From assembly GCA_951406725.2 (NCBI GenBank), contig OX597819.1, forward strand, positions 86,862,001 to 86,926,000: a DNA stretch of 64,000 bases, read 5' to 3'. The translations under genes and the position numbers were made by a program. Shown piece after piece: positions 26,877-43,214 of the stretch; the stretch's first letter is position 1; each line of letters opens with the position of its first letter. The DNA comes from Octopus vulgaris (lineage: Eukaryota). The notes beneath the pieces were generated by a model that did no database searches, had not been told where the DNA came from, and saw only the letters and a list, made by a program, of their open reading frames with translations.

Positions 26877-27135
26877 CTGGGAACGAAATTAAATAAAAAA
26901 AACAATAAGTTGGATAATCATTTATTAGACGACTACTTTAAAATATTCATAATGGAAACATTGGTTATGTTTGTGCTAGCAGATAGTATTATGGACATGA
27001 TACTAATGCGTAGAGAGCTCAGATTATAAATATATATATATATATATATATATAAATATGTGTGTGTACGTGTGCGTAGGTCTCTCTCTATATATACACA
27101 CACACACAGACTCACATACGCAAACACGCGCGCAC

Positions 27136-27180
<45 letters not shown>

Positions 27181-27194
27181 AACACACACACACA

Positions 27195-28447
27195 CAAGGG
27201 TTGGACAAAATAATGGAAACACATAGCATCATAGCCTCATAATTTTGAAATATCTATAAAATAATCAAAAGCTTGTTTATTTTCATGTTTTTTTATTTAT
27301 TACTTTTGTGGTTTAATATGTTTTGCTAAAATTGCTGTTTCTTTTCAGATATCATCAGAAAAAGGTAATTAAAATTCATTAAGATGACAGGTCTATCGAA
27401 CTTTCAAAGATGTCAAATTGTTGGTGCTCGTATGGCAGGCTAACGTAACGAAAACAGCTGAAATATTTGGTGTATCAAGAAGTACAGTTTCGAAAGTAAT
27501 GACAGACTTTGAGAAAGAGGGAAAAACCTCCTCATCGAAAGAAAACTCCGGAAGAAAACACAACTTTCAGATAGGGACCGTCGGGCCCTTACGCAAATTG
27601 TTAGAAAGGATCACAAAAGTACAGCTCCCAAAATTACTGCAGAGCGTAATGACCACCCCGAAAACCCAGTTTTCACAAAAACTGTTTACCGGGAGCGGCA
27701 CAAAGCTGGATTTCACGGGATGGTTACAAGCAGAAAACCACTACTTGCAAAAACAAACGTTGCAAACGTTAGAGTGGAGTAAATACCTACAGAATTGGTC
27801 CCTAGAGCAGTGGAAGAATGTTATTTTCTCGGACGAGTTATCCTTTACCTTATATCCGACCACCAGCCGAGTATACGTGTGGAGACGGCCAAAAGAAGCA
27901 TTTGACCCAGACTGCCTTCTTCCAACTGTTAAACATGGAGGAGGATCTGTGATGATCTTGGGGGCTATACCTTGGAAATCCGCCGGCCCAATGGTTTCCC
28001 TTCATGGCAGAATTAATAGTCAAGGCGATTTAATCATTTTATCTGATCAAATTCAGCCTATGGTTGCGGAACTGTTTCTGCAGGGCAACGCAATCTTTCA
28101 GGGTGATTATGCACTGATTCACACAGCTAAAGTTGTTACTGAATGGCACGAGGAACATTTTATCTGCAGTTGAACATCTTATCTGGCCACCACAGTCCAC
28201 AGATCTCAATATTATTGAACATTTATGGTGCATTTTAGAAAAACAAGTAAGGAGTCGATATCTTCCACCATGATCACTACTAGAACTGAAGAATGGACAA
28301 AAATCCCTTTGAAAACAATTCAAACTTTGTACGAGTCCATACCTCGTAGAATTCAAGTTGTAATTACTGCCAAAGGCGGACCTACCCCATATCAAAATAA
28401 ATTTGTTTGGAATTTTAAGGTATTTCCGTTATTTTGTCCAACCCCTC
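27195..28447 (+). mobile_element. Full-length but defective Tc1 (DD34E) DNA transposon, ~1.25 kb
   Basis: TIRs caagggttggacaaaataatggaaacac / gtatttccgttattttgtccaacccctc followed by TA; transposase from ATG 27384 with frameshifts; VIFSDE, TVKHGGGSVM, FQGDYALIH, WPPQSTDLNIIEHLW, GGPTPY. Confidence 0.92.
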
Positions 28448-29587
28448 TATGTATATATTACTTCCGGTCATTTCAGCCACGTACCCACACGTGCTTTTCT
28501 TGGACATTCTTGCTTCTCCGGATTTTCTCCTCTCCTCTTTGTGTCGAAGACCCATGCTCGAAATGTTATATGCCCACTCTTTTTTCCATCTTATACTGAA
28601 CGCCTTGTGTACACCCTTTTGGCTTTTGTTTAGTTATTTTTATTTTTCGAATTGCCTATATATAGAGATATATAAAAGCTCAACATAATTGCCTATATTT
28701 AAAGATATATATATAAACTCAACACGTTTGGTAAGAATTACATTCAAATTTCAATATCAGTTTAACTCCATGTGACTTACAGTATCGTAGGTGTACAAAA
28801 TGGGCCCATCTCGTCAGATAACCAGATCAGAGTGTTCTCCTAATATCTAATATGTATGTATGTAAGAATGTATGTATGTATGTATGTATGTATGTATGTA
28901 TGTATGTATGTATGTATGTATGTACACATATACATCTCTCTCTATATATATATATGTACATACATACACACCTGCAAGTGCTCACACAAACGGAAAAACA
29001 CAAACGCGCACGCACATACATACATACATACATACATACATACATACATACATACATACATAGATACATACATACATACATGCATGCATACATACTTGTA
29101 TTAATTTGTTCAATCAGAGAGCTGAAGCGATAATGGTCCAAATAAGTTGACCAATCAGCCAAACGGAAAATATAGAGAAGTGAATTCCTTTCTAATTAAT
29201 TATAGATGAGGAAAAGAGCCTTTCCAGGCTACTTGTGTAAATGAAACTTTGAAAAACTATCTTAAGGTCGTAACTGAAGAGCAGTTAATGAATGTAATGA
29301 AACTTTCTAATTTAATTCACAACTTGATGTGCAAATTTGCATAGTTGTATTAATTTGAAACCATTAACAAAATTATAAATATTCCACCAACACAGCTTGA
29401 AATTAAAATAGTTCAATATTTAGTTTTTATATTGTACTGACAGATTACTAATTTCGAATGAATGCATATTCAAAAAAATATTTATTCACTCACGGCAACA
29501 CATTGACTGTAATTAAACACTTAGAAACAAACTTAGCAAAATCTGAAACTGCAATAAATTCGATGCTTTTCGTATGGTATCGAGAAT

Positions 29588-29979
29588 ATTTTTCCTACTA
29601 TTGGTACAAGACCTGAAATTTTAGTGGAGGTAGCAAGTCGATTACATCGACCCACTACTCAACTGGGACTCGTTTTATCTACCCAGAAAGGATGAAAAGC
29701 AAAGCTGATCTGAGCAGAATTTAAGCTTCAAACGTAAGCATTTTTTTTGGCGCGTTAACGATTCTTTTCTACTCTAGGTACAAGGCCTGAAACTTTTGGG
29801 GAGTGGCGAGGTGGGAGTTGATTAGATCGACCCTAGTACGCAACTGGTACTTAATTTATCGACCCTGAAAGGATGAAAGGCAAAGTCGACATCGGCAAAA
29901 TTTGAACTCAGAACATAAAGACAGATGAAATACCGCTACGCATTTCGCCCGGCGCGTTAACGACTCTGCCAACTCGCTG
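29588..29979 (-). mobile_element. Two tandem SINE family B copies
   Basis: Two successive ttttc(c)tactat/ctaggtacaag(g)cctgaaa...gaaaggatgaaa units. Confidence 0.75.
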
Positions 29980-31886
29980 CTTTTGGTATTGAGAAATTTG
30001 AGATATATTTCATGAGATACACTTTATGAAGAAGACAATACGTTCCAAATAATCTCATCGGATGATTGTTAAATGAGGTCAAGTTAGACAGTATATATTT
30101 ATGGAAAATTCTGGAACACATAGGAAATAGAGGCTGTGGATTTTGCTTCGCAACATTGTTAGCGACAAAAAAAAAGTTAAAATGTGTTTTTATTGAACAA
30201 GAAAGCCTTTAAGCTATTATTTCCAGCGAAAAAATGCATTATGTTTTGTTTTCCAAAAAACAGTTTACATTTTACATAAGTAATCTAGCTTTGTACTACA
30301 GAACTCTTATTTGGAAATCGGTTGGTGTATTTTTGGAAGATGGTATACTTTTCAATGGAGAAGGAGTGCAGGGTATGTGAGACTGGGTGAGGGAGAAAGG
30401 TTGTCTTGGGTCTAGTGAAATAATTAGAATGCTTGGAACAGAGTGAACTTGACTAAAGCTACACAAGGGACAATTGGTAATGTTAGTCTGTTTGATAAAG
30501 TCTAGTTGCATAAGATTACAATTGAGAGTATTGGTTTGACTGATTACAACGGCACCGACTTAACTGGTAGTTTGTCTTTTGATTAAACTCAGAATGAGGC
30601 TTAATCGATACTGTCGGTAATTAAAAACTAAATGCAACAAAACATTTTATCCGATGTTATAACGATTCTAGCATCCCCCTTTTGTGTCGTAACAATAAAG
30701 ATGAAAATGGTAACGAACTGGCAAAGTCGTCAGAGCGTTGAATAGAATGCATCGTGGTATTTGTCTCTACCCTCTGCGCTCTGAGTTCATATCTCACTTT
30801 GCTTTCATCTTTTGGGATCGATAAAAAGATTACCAGTCTAGGGCAGTGGATTAGCGGGACTTTTAGAAGATCCGGTGAGATGCAGTGTGGTACCTATTTC
30901 AGTTCAGGGCTTTCTGGCTGCAACTTCTGCGACGATGTTTGCGCGAAGTTGTATCGATTCCAGTCCGTACCATTTCTTTTGGACAAGCATGGTGTCATAG
31001 AGAGAAAGCTTACATGCATGTGTAGCTGTCAGATTCTTCCAAAATGTTTTACCCAAGCTTGCACATACATGTGCAGATGATGCATAGTCAACCTCTACAA
31101 GTGATGCCCTATATGATTAAAACTAGATTTTTGAAGGAAATCTACAGAGATTATACCAGTTCTGCAATACTTGACTGAAATATGATATACATATCGCAAG
31201 CAGTATAACATCTTTTTATGCAGATACCCCATTTCCCTGTTAGTTTCTCCATATTCTTTCTCCTAGTGACTACTCCTATTCAAATTGGGACAGTTTTCCA
31301 GCAGAACTACAGAATTTTACTTGTAATTTATTACTCAATCAACTGCAGAACCGTTCTACAAGAAGCTATAAAAGAACGAACACGAGTTATCATATGTAAC
31401 GAATGATCAGTGGTTGGAACGGCTGAACAACAACAGCAGATATTTTTTTATTTAATGTAAGCGATTTAGTATCATGCTGTCGTTGCATTATTTTGCTTAT
31501 CTTCTGTCTTGATGTACCTAATTAAAGCACAGCGTGAATTGGTTTCCCTGCAGGCTCTACTATGGCTACATTTGTTAATTTATTGCAGTTTCCAACTCAA
31601 TCTGAAATAACTTTAGAATGAAGATGTGTCTAAGTAATTGCAATGCACAAGTGACAAATCATTCAATTGGATGCAGTGATTTCATTATTGATTTATAAAA
31701 AAAGAATAATTGTAAAAATAATCATTCTAAAATCTTTAAATTCTGCAGTGGCTAATAGACCAACTTAATAAATCATGTTAATGTAACAAATACTGATAAT
31801 TGGTATCATCAACAGACATTTTAATATAATTGTAAACATATATTCATATACGTGTGAGTCTACAATCATTCGTGCATGTATTTATG

Positions 31887-31923
<37 letters not shown>

Positions 31924-31948
31924 GTATGTGTGCATTTCTGTGTGTGTG

Positions 31949-32014
<66 letters not shown>

Positions 32015-33363
32015 TGCGCGTGCGTGTGTGAATGTGCGTATGAGAATGCATATAAAACAAACAAAAATCCTCCCGTCTCTCTGAAGTTAACTTCTCTCGA
32101 ACATTCCAAACAGTCAGTCATTCGCTCTTCTTAAAATGTAAAAACAAAGTATATTTATAAGTAGGCATTTCATTGAAATTTTCATTTCGTGAACGGAGGA
32201 AATTCACACCACCTTAATTTCCCAATAAAATGAGGATAAAGTATTTCAAAGAAAATCTTTTTTAGACGGAATAATGATGCTCATAGTAGATATGTGTACC
32301 TGTTGATTTAATATTTCAGGGCTATGATCACTAACTGACGAAGAAACAGGATAGGAGGTTCAAATAATGAATGTACAAAGATCATAAGTCTTCTGTTATA
32401 TGGGCGTGTAAAATTTCGGTCGGCCATTGTTGGAATGAAAAGGCCTGGTGTGAGGGAGAGGATTTCTGCTGTAACACCGTGGCTCTAACTCTCGGATCTT
32501 TCTCTATCCAGAGCTTGTCTACCATATCCAACCCTTTGATATCAGGAATCGGTAGCACTAACTTGGAGTTTCTGCAGGAAGATGTGGACTGGCATGATAT
32601 GGTCCTCGTGAATAATGACCATCAATTCATCAGAGACGAAGGAAACTTGGTGAATATCCTTGTAAGTACCGGGTGGTATCTACGCAGAACTAATTTTCGT
32701 TCCTCCAGCATACATTCTGGTTCTTGTCGAAATTTTACCTATGAGAGAAGAACCAGAACCTAACGTGATTCTCAGGTGCACGAGCTTGTTTAACAAACGC
32801 TTTGAACGGTTCACACGTTATTTTCCGGGACTTGCTGGATATTGCCTTTTCTCTTTCTTCTTATATAAGACTTTCACATGATGTCCTAATATATCACATA
32901 TCTGACAGGGGATTCGCTACTTGGAACTGCTCGGGGACGGTCGTTATTACACTTCTAGGGTTGCCATTGATGATATATTGAACATGCTGGACAAACTTGG
33001 TTTTCTTAACAAAGTCTGCTGACAATGTTTCTTTCTGTTCACCTCGGGTAACACATCCCTTCAAGAGGCCTCCATTAGTTTCTCGAACCTGAACACAAAG
33101 GGGCCAACTATGTTAAAATCACCATCAATTTCTGAGTCCGTATGGTTGGTGTCTAGAGCTACAGGAACGTCGTATTTCCTCTGTTAGATCAAAATATGCC
33201 TGGTTGATTCTATAAATACGTTTGAAAGAGAAACGAGGAAGTCAAAATTAAGCAAAGTTGCGTAGCTTTATATCGAGTCGTCTACCAGTAATGGACCTTT
33301 AAAATTGTAATCACAAATATCTGATGCTGTCTGCTTGTCTGTCTGTCTACCTGTTTGTCTCCG

Positions 33364-33397
<34 letters not shown>

Positions 33398-33480
33398 TTC
33401 CCTTCTCCTCTCTCTCTTTTTCTCTCAGTCTTTCTTTCTCTCCTCCTCTCTCTCACTATCTCCCTCTGTATACACACACA

Positions 33481-34649
33481 CGAGTGGTGTTCATTAAAGA
33501 TTTCCCCTAACTCCCAGTTAGTGCAGGACACAGAACTTGTACAGGTATAATCATACATGTCTCTACATGTCACATTGTAAATTGCAGTTTTCCCATAGCA
33601 TTCGTTTGTCTGTTACGGCTGCTGAAGTGCACTAAGGTGTTATAATCGAGGTAGTTGAAAGCAGATCAGTGATCAGGTTCTTATGCTTGAAAAGTTGTAC
33701 TCCAAAAGCGATTTTCGATTAGATGAAAGAAGTTGACAATGCACCATCATACGATGTAGTCAAGCACTGGCATCGCCAGTTCAAATGTGCTCAGACAGTG
33801 GTAGAAACTATTCCTATTTCTGGACAACTATATTCCACCATTGATGGCGACACTATCCATAAAGTGGAAGCCGCCATTTTGGAGGATCACCGCATAACCA
33901 TTCACGACCATTTGGAAGTTGTCTGCAAGATGGTTTTCCTGGATGCTCACAACTTTTCAGAAGCAGGAATGAGTCAATTACTCACAGGCTCTTTTGACAA
34001 TGTGCCAAGAAAACGATAACTTTTTCGGTAAATTTATGGCACAGAATGAAATATGGGTTTATCACTATAATCCTGAGACTAAAGTCCAGTCGAAGCAATG
34101 GAAGCTTAATAAATCACCATCTCCAAAGAAGGCTCGTGTCCAACCCTCAGCAGGCAAGGTGATGCTCACAGTCTTTTGGGACCATCGCGGAGCAGTGATG
34201 AGGGACTTTCTGGCAAAGAGCACCACAATTAACAAGGCGTATTATGTTCCTCTGCTGCAGAAATTTCAGGACGACATCAAAGCAGAGAGTCCGCCTCCTC
34301 CAAGAAAACGCCCCAGTTCACAATGCACATGTTGCTCAGATGAAAGCACACTTCTATGGCGATGAATTCCTTCCTCATCCCCCCTTACTCTCTCGACCTC
34401 GCATCATCTGACTTCCACCTCTTTCCAAACATGAAGTCTTTTTTGAAGAGGAAGCACCTTTCCGATGATGAGGAACTTTCCGAGGTAAATTCTTGGCTCC
34501 AGATGCAGCCTACCGACTTCTACAGACGAGGTCTTAATAACTGCATAAAGCGATGGGAAAGTATGTCATCATTGGTGATGTCTTGCAAGTTTCCTTTATC
34601 CCAGTCCTTGGAAAGTGGGTCAGCGGAAATCTTTAATGAACTTCCCTCG
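33481..34649 (+). mobile_element. Defective mariner (DD34D) DNA transposon, ~1.17 kb
   Basis: 25-bp TIRs cgagtggtgttcattaaagatttcc / ggaaatctttaatgaacttccctcg; motifs NEIWVYHYNPETKVQSKQW, SAGKVMLTVFWD, LLQENAPVH, PPYSLDLASSDFHLF; frameshifts and internal deletions. Confidence 0.92.
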
Positions 34650-34650
34650 A

Positions 34651-34727
<77 letters not shown>

Positions 34728-34967
34728 TGTGCATAGATAGGTAAGGGAGTGATAGAGCAAGTTGTATACAAGCCCAGATAAACAAACGGACAGACAGAGA
34801 CACAGTTGACGAATTGTAACGAAACATCAAAACAACAAATTATGAAAAGTTGGAATTGTATGCGTATTTATGTGTGTGTGTGTGCATACATACATACAAA
34901 CACACACACATATAGAGAGAGAAAGAGAGAGATAGGTAGATAGATAAATAAATAAAAATATGTATGA

Positions 34968-35000
<33 letters not shown>

Positions 35001-35479
35001 TGTATGTGCAGTGTGTATGAATCCGTAAACGTATACATGCTTGTTGGTATATATATGTTAACAATGCGCTGTTGGCTTCATATTTTTTACAATATCTTCT
35101 TGAATATCTGAAACGTTCCCATGTTATTTACAAGAGACAAATGTAATCTAGAATGAAACTTCTCTCGTTTTCTCTGCCCCAAAGCTAAACAAGAGTGTGA
35201 AGCACAATAGAAAGAAAATAATAAATAAACAAACATAAAATAAAAATATATAAAAAATAATAAAAGAATTTAAAATTTAAAACGAAAGAAACCAATTGTT
35301 GAGAATCGAGAAATACGTGTAGTCTCATTTGACACAATAATGATAACAGATACATTCCATGAAGTTTATTTCTTATGTGACATTTTTTAATATTTGTTCT
35401 CGGCTCTTACATGCTCCTCCATAGCTTTCTTTCGCACAAGCATGCATACACACCACACACAAACGCACGCACGCTCTTT

Positions 35480-35525
<46 letters not shown>

Positions 35526-35903
35526 CTCATATACACACAAACAAACAAACCGTGATGTTTATACAGATATGTACATCATCTTGCGTTTATGCTCACACTC
35601 ATAAAGACACTAATGTTTACACAGAAATACATGCACACAACTGCATAAATTGTGCATAAAAGTGCTCTCTTATACTTTCCCCTCTTTCCCTTTTACTGAC
35701 CTAACGATCAGATGAAGTCAAGGTTGTTTAAGAACCTCTAAAGTCGTAGATTTAGATATATTTACTCTATCTCATTCATGATTCATTCTAAGGTGTGCTA
35801 CCGGTGTTTCCATAGTATTATTATCTGTAATGGTTGACACTGAAATCATCATCATCATCGTCATAATCATATCGAAATCGTTGTCATCATCATCATCACC
35901 ATA

Positions 35904-36245
<342 letters not shown>

Positions 36246-36685
36246 TTATTACTATTATTATTGTTGTTGTTGCTGCTGCTGCATTCACTATCATTATTGT
36301 CATCGTTGAAGATGCGTTTGAGGTGGTACTGAGGCTGTCTTCTTTACATTACTCTGTGGTAATCCCTTTTTCTCTCCACCCCTTCTCTCTTTTGAATACA
36401 TACGAGGATGGTTGAGTGCGTACAACCTTCTTCCCTCTCTTTCTCTCCTGCTACTCAGTGCCCTGACTCGTCCATTCCATGGATGTTGGTAAGCTGCATA
36501 ATGGGAATATATATTGACCTTTGACGCCATTCAATGCATTCTTTGCTAAACACAACAGATTTAAATTAATCAGATTATGTAATGTTTTTACAAATGATGT
36601 TATCCAGGTAGTCGATTTAGCGAAACACGTGTATGTTTTATAAAGCATAAGATATATGTGTGTGTGCGCGCTCGAGTATGTACAG

Positions 36686-37069
<384 letters not shown>

Positions 37070-37708
37070 AAACTATTCTGCGGAGTTAGGTGTCGCCAGT
37101 TATTCTGTCCATGTATAAACTTTTCTGATCTAGAATTAAGAGTATTCCTTCTGATGGATATAGTGTTTCAAGTGTTGCCCGATGGCTTCGTCGATTTTCC
37201 AAGCGCTTATCATACTGAAAGTGGTCCTTCACACTGCTAAAGATCCTTGACAGCTATGAGCTGTAGAAATATTTTTGATGGGGAATATTGCTTAGTTGTA
37301 CATGGCAGTGTTAAATTCTAGGTCTCGATTTTCATTTACTTTTGTTGTACTTCATACTGTCTGCCTTCTTTGATGTGGTGCAGGATGCCGAAAAATCAAT
37401 GGTGGGCAGGAAGAGAAGGTGCCTCTTCAGGTGGCAACATCTACCAAATGGTAACTTTACTGTAGTATTTTGGAAAGATGTATTAAGCAACTGCATTGGC
37501 CCTTCAAATTTCTAGAACGAATTTTTACATTATAAATATGAGTGTTTTTTCCTCTTAGAGGTCATAATGCATTACTAACTGAAATTGTCCATGCAATCAC
37601 TAGATAAAAATTGTCTATTAAATTTCACTCATAATGTATTAAACAAAGTGAGACTATGGCATTTGAACATGCCCTCATTCATATATACATATATATCAAT
37701 ACATATGT

Positions 37709-37761
<53 letters not shown>

Positions 37762-37951
37762 GTATATATGGAAAAGAGAGGGGTAAGGAAAGAGAGGGGT
37801 AAGGAAGGGGAAGAGCGCGTGAGAAAGAAAATTGCTCAAAATTCCACACAATGGGAACAAACCCAGAGCGACATAGTTGGAGACTGAACATTTCAACTAC
37901 ACACTCCTGCTCACACCTTAACACTTCCTTCAAAGTGCAAGTGTGTGTACG

Positions 37952-37980
<29 letters not shown>

Positions 37981-37982
<2 letters not shown>

Positions 37983-38286
37983 TCACGTGATCACGTGACC
38001 GACCAGACCATCAGATGTTGCTACACATCGCTGGTCACAATGCGTTTTGCATTGTTTTAGCCTTCGAACGACGCCACCCCGTTGGCTAAGCGAGCAGGCC
38101 AACAGAAGAAAGAGTGAGAGAAAGAGTGGTGAAAGAGTACAGCAGGGATCACCACCCCACTGCCGGAGCCTCGTGGAGCTTTTAGGTGTTTTCGCTCAAT
38201 AAACACACACAACGCCCGGTCTGGGAATCGAAACCGCGATCCTCCGACCGCGAGTCGGCTGCCGTAACCACTGGGCCATTGCGCCT

Positions 38287-38288
<2 letters not shown>
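37981..38288 (-). mobile_element. tRNA-derived SINE family A with an alternative 3' tail
   Basis: Same head as 50693, but the 3' region diverges after the tctttcttc segment. Confidence 0.8.
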
Positions 38289-38339
<51 letters not shown>

Positions 38340-38455
38340 CATATACATGCGCGAGCGCACACAAGTACACATACATACATAAATACATACATACATGAAT
38401 ACATACATACATATATACATGCATGCATACATACATGTATTTGTGCGTGTATATC

Positions 38456-38493
<38 letters not shown>

Positions 38494-40808
38494 GTAGGAA
38501 TAAAGTGTTGGTTAGATTTTAATCAAAGGACAAAACCAAACGTGGCCTATCAAGACTCGGATAACACAAATTTTAGAGCAAAGTAAGAATAGGAATTGTT
38601 AAATATTGTAATGACATGACCAAGGCATGCTTTACAAGAAAATACGTCAGAGAAAGAAAAAAAAACCTCGGAGCGTAATAAAGTTTTCGCCCGTCTTCAA
38701 TGAAACTTCACAGTAGCTTTAGTAACATTAGAAAGATACAAACGCAACCGATGTTTTCGAAGGGAAAGAGAAAGGCCGATACAGTTTGGCACGAATGACG
38801 TTGCAATTCATTTCTATAGTTAAGTGAACTGGGGCAAAGTGAAACATAGTGTCTTGCTCAAGAACACAACTCAAAGCTCGGTTCGGGTGGCATGGAGAGG
38901 GAAGACTGGTATGTATGGACGACTGCTGGTCTTCCACAAACAACTTTGCCTGGACTTGTACCTCGGCGGGGAACTTTCTAGGTGCAATCCTATGGTCATT
39001 CGTGACCGAAGGGGTCTTTACCATAACACATACACACACACAAAACAGGCGTAAATTTATAATTCACTAACCTTAATTAATCTGCTTTTAAACTGATTAA
39101 CACCTTTACAATTTTTTATAATTCTTATAAATAATTTTTAACATGCATGGCCTTTATACTTCCTTTTCTCATTTTTACGAATTCTTATAACATTTTCTTA
39201 ATACTCCACATAATTATCAATAATCCGACCTACCTACTTTACCTACATGATTTTTAGTGATTTGCATTATTCAAACAAAAAAAATATTGATAAGTAAAAA
39301 TGTTGGGACTCATGGTTTTCCGGTTTTGGTTATTTTTTCTTTGTTTTAATGCGACTATCGCCTAGGTTTTTACCTTCTTTATTTATTCAAGCCTTTCACC
39401 TGGTAACTTCATTACATCTAGATAAACGACCTAACTTTCGATATTCAAATAGCCTTTATATTTTTTATGTTAAATCTGATTTATTATCTGAAGAACTTTC
39501 ATTATTCTAGTATACACATGTATTTGTGTCAACGTTATCTTCCCGCCAACTGCGTTGTCCGCTTTCTCTATTTTTATCCATGTATTTATTGGTTAGAATT
39601 GTTGACACTGTGATTATTGCCATCTTTACATATTAATTATCTTTTTTTTCTTTCCTCCCCTTCATTTTCCCTCCTTTTCCTCTGAAATTTCGTGACGATC
39701 TTCGCTATTTTCTGCGTTTTGTCTAAAATTATTTTCTCTTAATAATAAGTAATTGGATCACTCCTAACTAAAGCTTAATATTCTATTAGTTCTGCACTAA
39801 TTATTTGGTGCACTTTAAAACAAAAAGGAATTAAGGAAATGAAAACGCAACACAAATTTATTGATCATGTTACCCCTTTGATGTACTAAACAAAATAGCA
39901 CAGAAAAAAGATTTTTTAGAAGAATTTTGACAGCTGACTTTAAAAATGTTTTGATTGGGTCAAATGTCATGCTTGGCGTCCGGTATCTGCTGGTATATAA
40001 TTCTGTTTTGCCAGAACGTGTTTTTTTATGGGCGATGTCGCCAAGTTTATTAACCTCATTAGATTAAATATGCTTTTTACCTATTCTATAATTTACAGCC
40101 TTATTCTGATAACCACCTCTTCATTACTACTTATAGTCAAATTTTGTGTTTCTTAAATATTGGTAATTTTAACTCGAAAATTCACATGTTGTTGACCTGT
40201 TGAGTAATCATCATGTCTGCTCGCTTGTACATTTGGTAGACCTGATTACATATTGTTATGGATGTTATTCTTGCAACCTCACAATAAAGAATCTTAATAA
40301 AACAATTCTAGCAACACCAGATAACTCATTCATTGTCTTTATTAAGTTTTTTTTTTTATGCCAAACTTAAGAATCTATTCTTCTTTGGATACTATTAGAG
40401 TAGCGGATTACCAAACAACAGAGAATTTCCCTTCATCGATGCATGTCGCATTATGATAATGCATTACTCAATTGTCTGATTTGCCTAATTCTGTCTAACC
40501 ATCAACTGTGGCGTGCTTCACTTTGATGTATATGCCTAGATCCTTAATGGACCCCATTTAATCAAATATGTATGAGTGTGTGTGTAATGAGTGTTTGTGT
40601 GTGTGTGCATGTGTGTTTGTTTGTGTGTGCGTAGTGTGTGTGTGTGAGTATACATATGTGTAGGCCTGCATGTTTGGTTTAGAAGGTCACTTGGAAACAG
40701 CATGGTTTTGGGTTCAGTACATGGTGTTGCACCTTGGGTGAGTGTTTCTACTATAGCTCGGGGTGAGCGATTTCGGTGGACGGGAACTGTCTTGAATCCC
40801 GTCATATA

Positions 40809-40853
<45 letters not shown>

Positions 40854-40936
40854 TCAGAGAGAGAAAGAGAGAAGGGGGGAGGGAGAGAGGGATGGAGAGA
40901 GAGAGAGACAGACGGACAGACAGACAGACAGACAGG

Positions 40937-40996
<60 letters not shown>

Positions 40997-41397
40997 GAAA
41001 TCAAATCCAGTTACAAGATGTTGGTCGGTGGGGCTATAGAAGAAGTATATAGTCCCACAGTGAGGTACTCAACTCGGATTCACGTGGTTCAGAAGCAAAT
41101 TTCTCACTGCACAGCCACACCCACGCCAATAAAACATGTATTTGCTTCCCTGTGTATATGTATGAATGAGTTTGTATGTGTATCTTTATGTTTTTATTTG
41201 TTCTCCTCTGCACTGCTTGAGAACCGGTGTTGAGCTTTTTATGTCCTCGTAAATTAACGGTATGACAAAAGAGAACGATAGAATAAGTACCAGACTTTAA
41301 AAAGAAGAACAGGGATCGATTTTATCGTTTAAATTTTTCAAGATTGTGCCGGTCTTATGGCTGAAATAAGTGAAAGGCAAAAGATGAAAAGAATATG

Positions 41398-41474
<77 letters not shown>

Positions 41475-42014
41475 TTCACCCTTAGTTTTGTCAACTGACT
41501 AGAACTTACTTTGATAAGGAGGTCTAATTTTGGGGTCGAAGCATACCTTTACTTTCATTTGGCTCACCCCAAAATTGCATTTTCTATGCATACCAAAACT
41601 TCAGTTTAATTGATATTGTCGGACTTATCTGTGTTCTTTGTGGAGCATCGACATCTTTAAAATATTCGTGGAGAATTTTTCGTGCTATGCTATGGATGTA
41701 TGCCCTGCTTCCGTTTTCTGGAAATTGTCTCATTATTTTTATTAATATACTGCTTAGTACCAGAAGGTATAGTCTAGCCATAAGCTGTTCATTTTATGAT
41801 GAACAACTTCTTAACATCGTTGTGAGCAACCTTATTTAAAACGTTCCAATCGTTTTTTCCAATATTTCAAATGTATATATTATCATATTGTTGTCCAACG
41901 ACAAAAAAAAAAGAAGAAAACAAGGTTAACAATTTAAAAAATATTTCTTGAATATGTATATGCATCCATCCATACATGCATACATATATATGTATATGTA
42001 TATATGTATATATA

Positions 42015-42050
<36 letters not shown>

Positions 42051-43098
42051 TGTATATGTATGTATGTATGTATATATATATATATATATATACGGGTATA
42101 TATGTTTGTATGTACATATGTATCTATCTATCTAAATATACACATCAATACATGTGTGTGTTTCTGCAGAGAGCAAGAGAGAGAGAGAGAGAGGGAGGGA
42201 GCAGGAAAGAGAGGGGGAGCGGCAGAGAGAGGTGGAGGCCGAAAAGAAATTATAAATTTCAGTTTATATATTCACTGTACCACATGAGTAAACGGCACTG
42301 TGCTTCAAATGACATCTTTTCTCACTCGCCACTGCTCTTTGTACTATTTTTCTCTGAAATCATTATCTTGCCGACTACTGCGAACAAGCATGCAATCAGA
42401 TGTCGCCAAAATATTGTGGTTAAACTGGTTTCGTGTTGTTTAGTTTATGCTGACCTTTAAAGATTAACAAGAGCATAATTAATTCTATTTCGATTCAAGT
42501 GCGTATATATGCATGTATATATGTACTGACATTGTGTTGAAGATATTTCAAACACGTTATCTTTTCACTATTTTCACAGTATCTTTTTCTTTCCTCTGTC
42601 TCTCTATTTGTCTTCTCTCTCCTCCCCCTCTCCTCCCTTATATTCTCTCTCTTCCTCTCTCTTTCTCTTTCTCCTCTCACCCTCTCTCTCTCCCCTTCTA
42701 TTTGTTTCTCACTCGTCATAGTTCAAAACACGATATGAGTGCAACGTTTCAAGCAAACAACAACTTTAGACCAAATATGATCAGTACTATCAACTAGAAA
42801 AATGTTTTTCATTTTGGAAGTATAAATGTACAATGTATATAGTGTAAAGTATAATACGTAAAATATAACATATTTGGAAACTAATAATTTCTACTATAGG
42901 CACAAGACCTGAAATTTGGGGGAAAGGGACTAGTCGATTGCATCGAACTCCAGTGTTCCACTGGTACTTAATTTATCAACCCTCAAAGGATGAAAAATAA
43001 AGACGACCTTTGCAGAATTTTAATTCAGAACGTGGCGTCAAACGAAATTCTGTTAAGCATTTCGCTCGGCGTGCCAACGATTCTGACGGCTCACCACC

Positions 43099-43157
<59 letters not shown>

Positions 43158-43214
43158 TTGTTGTCTTTGCACAGTTTCTAACGCTGGAGATGTACTACGC
43201 TGTTAGTTTATTAG

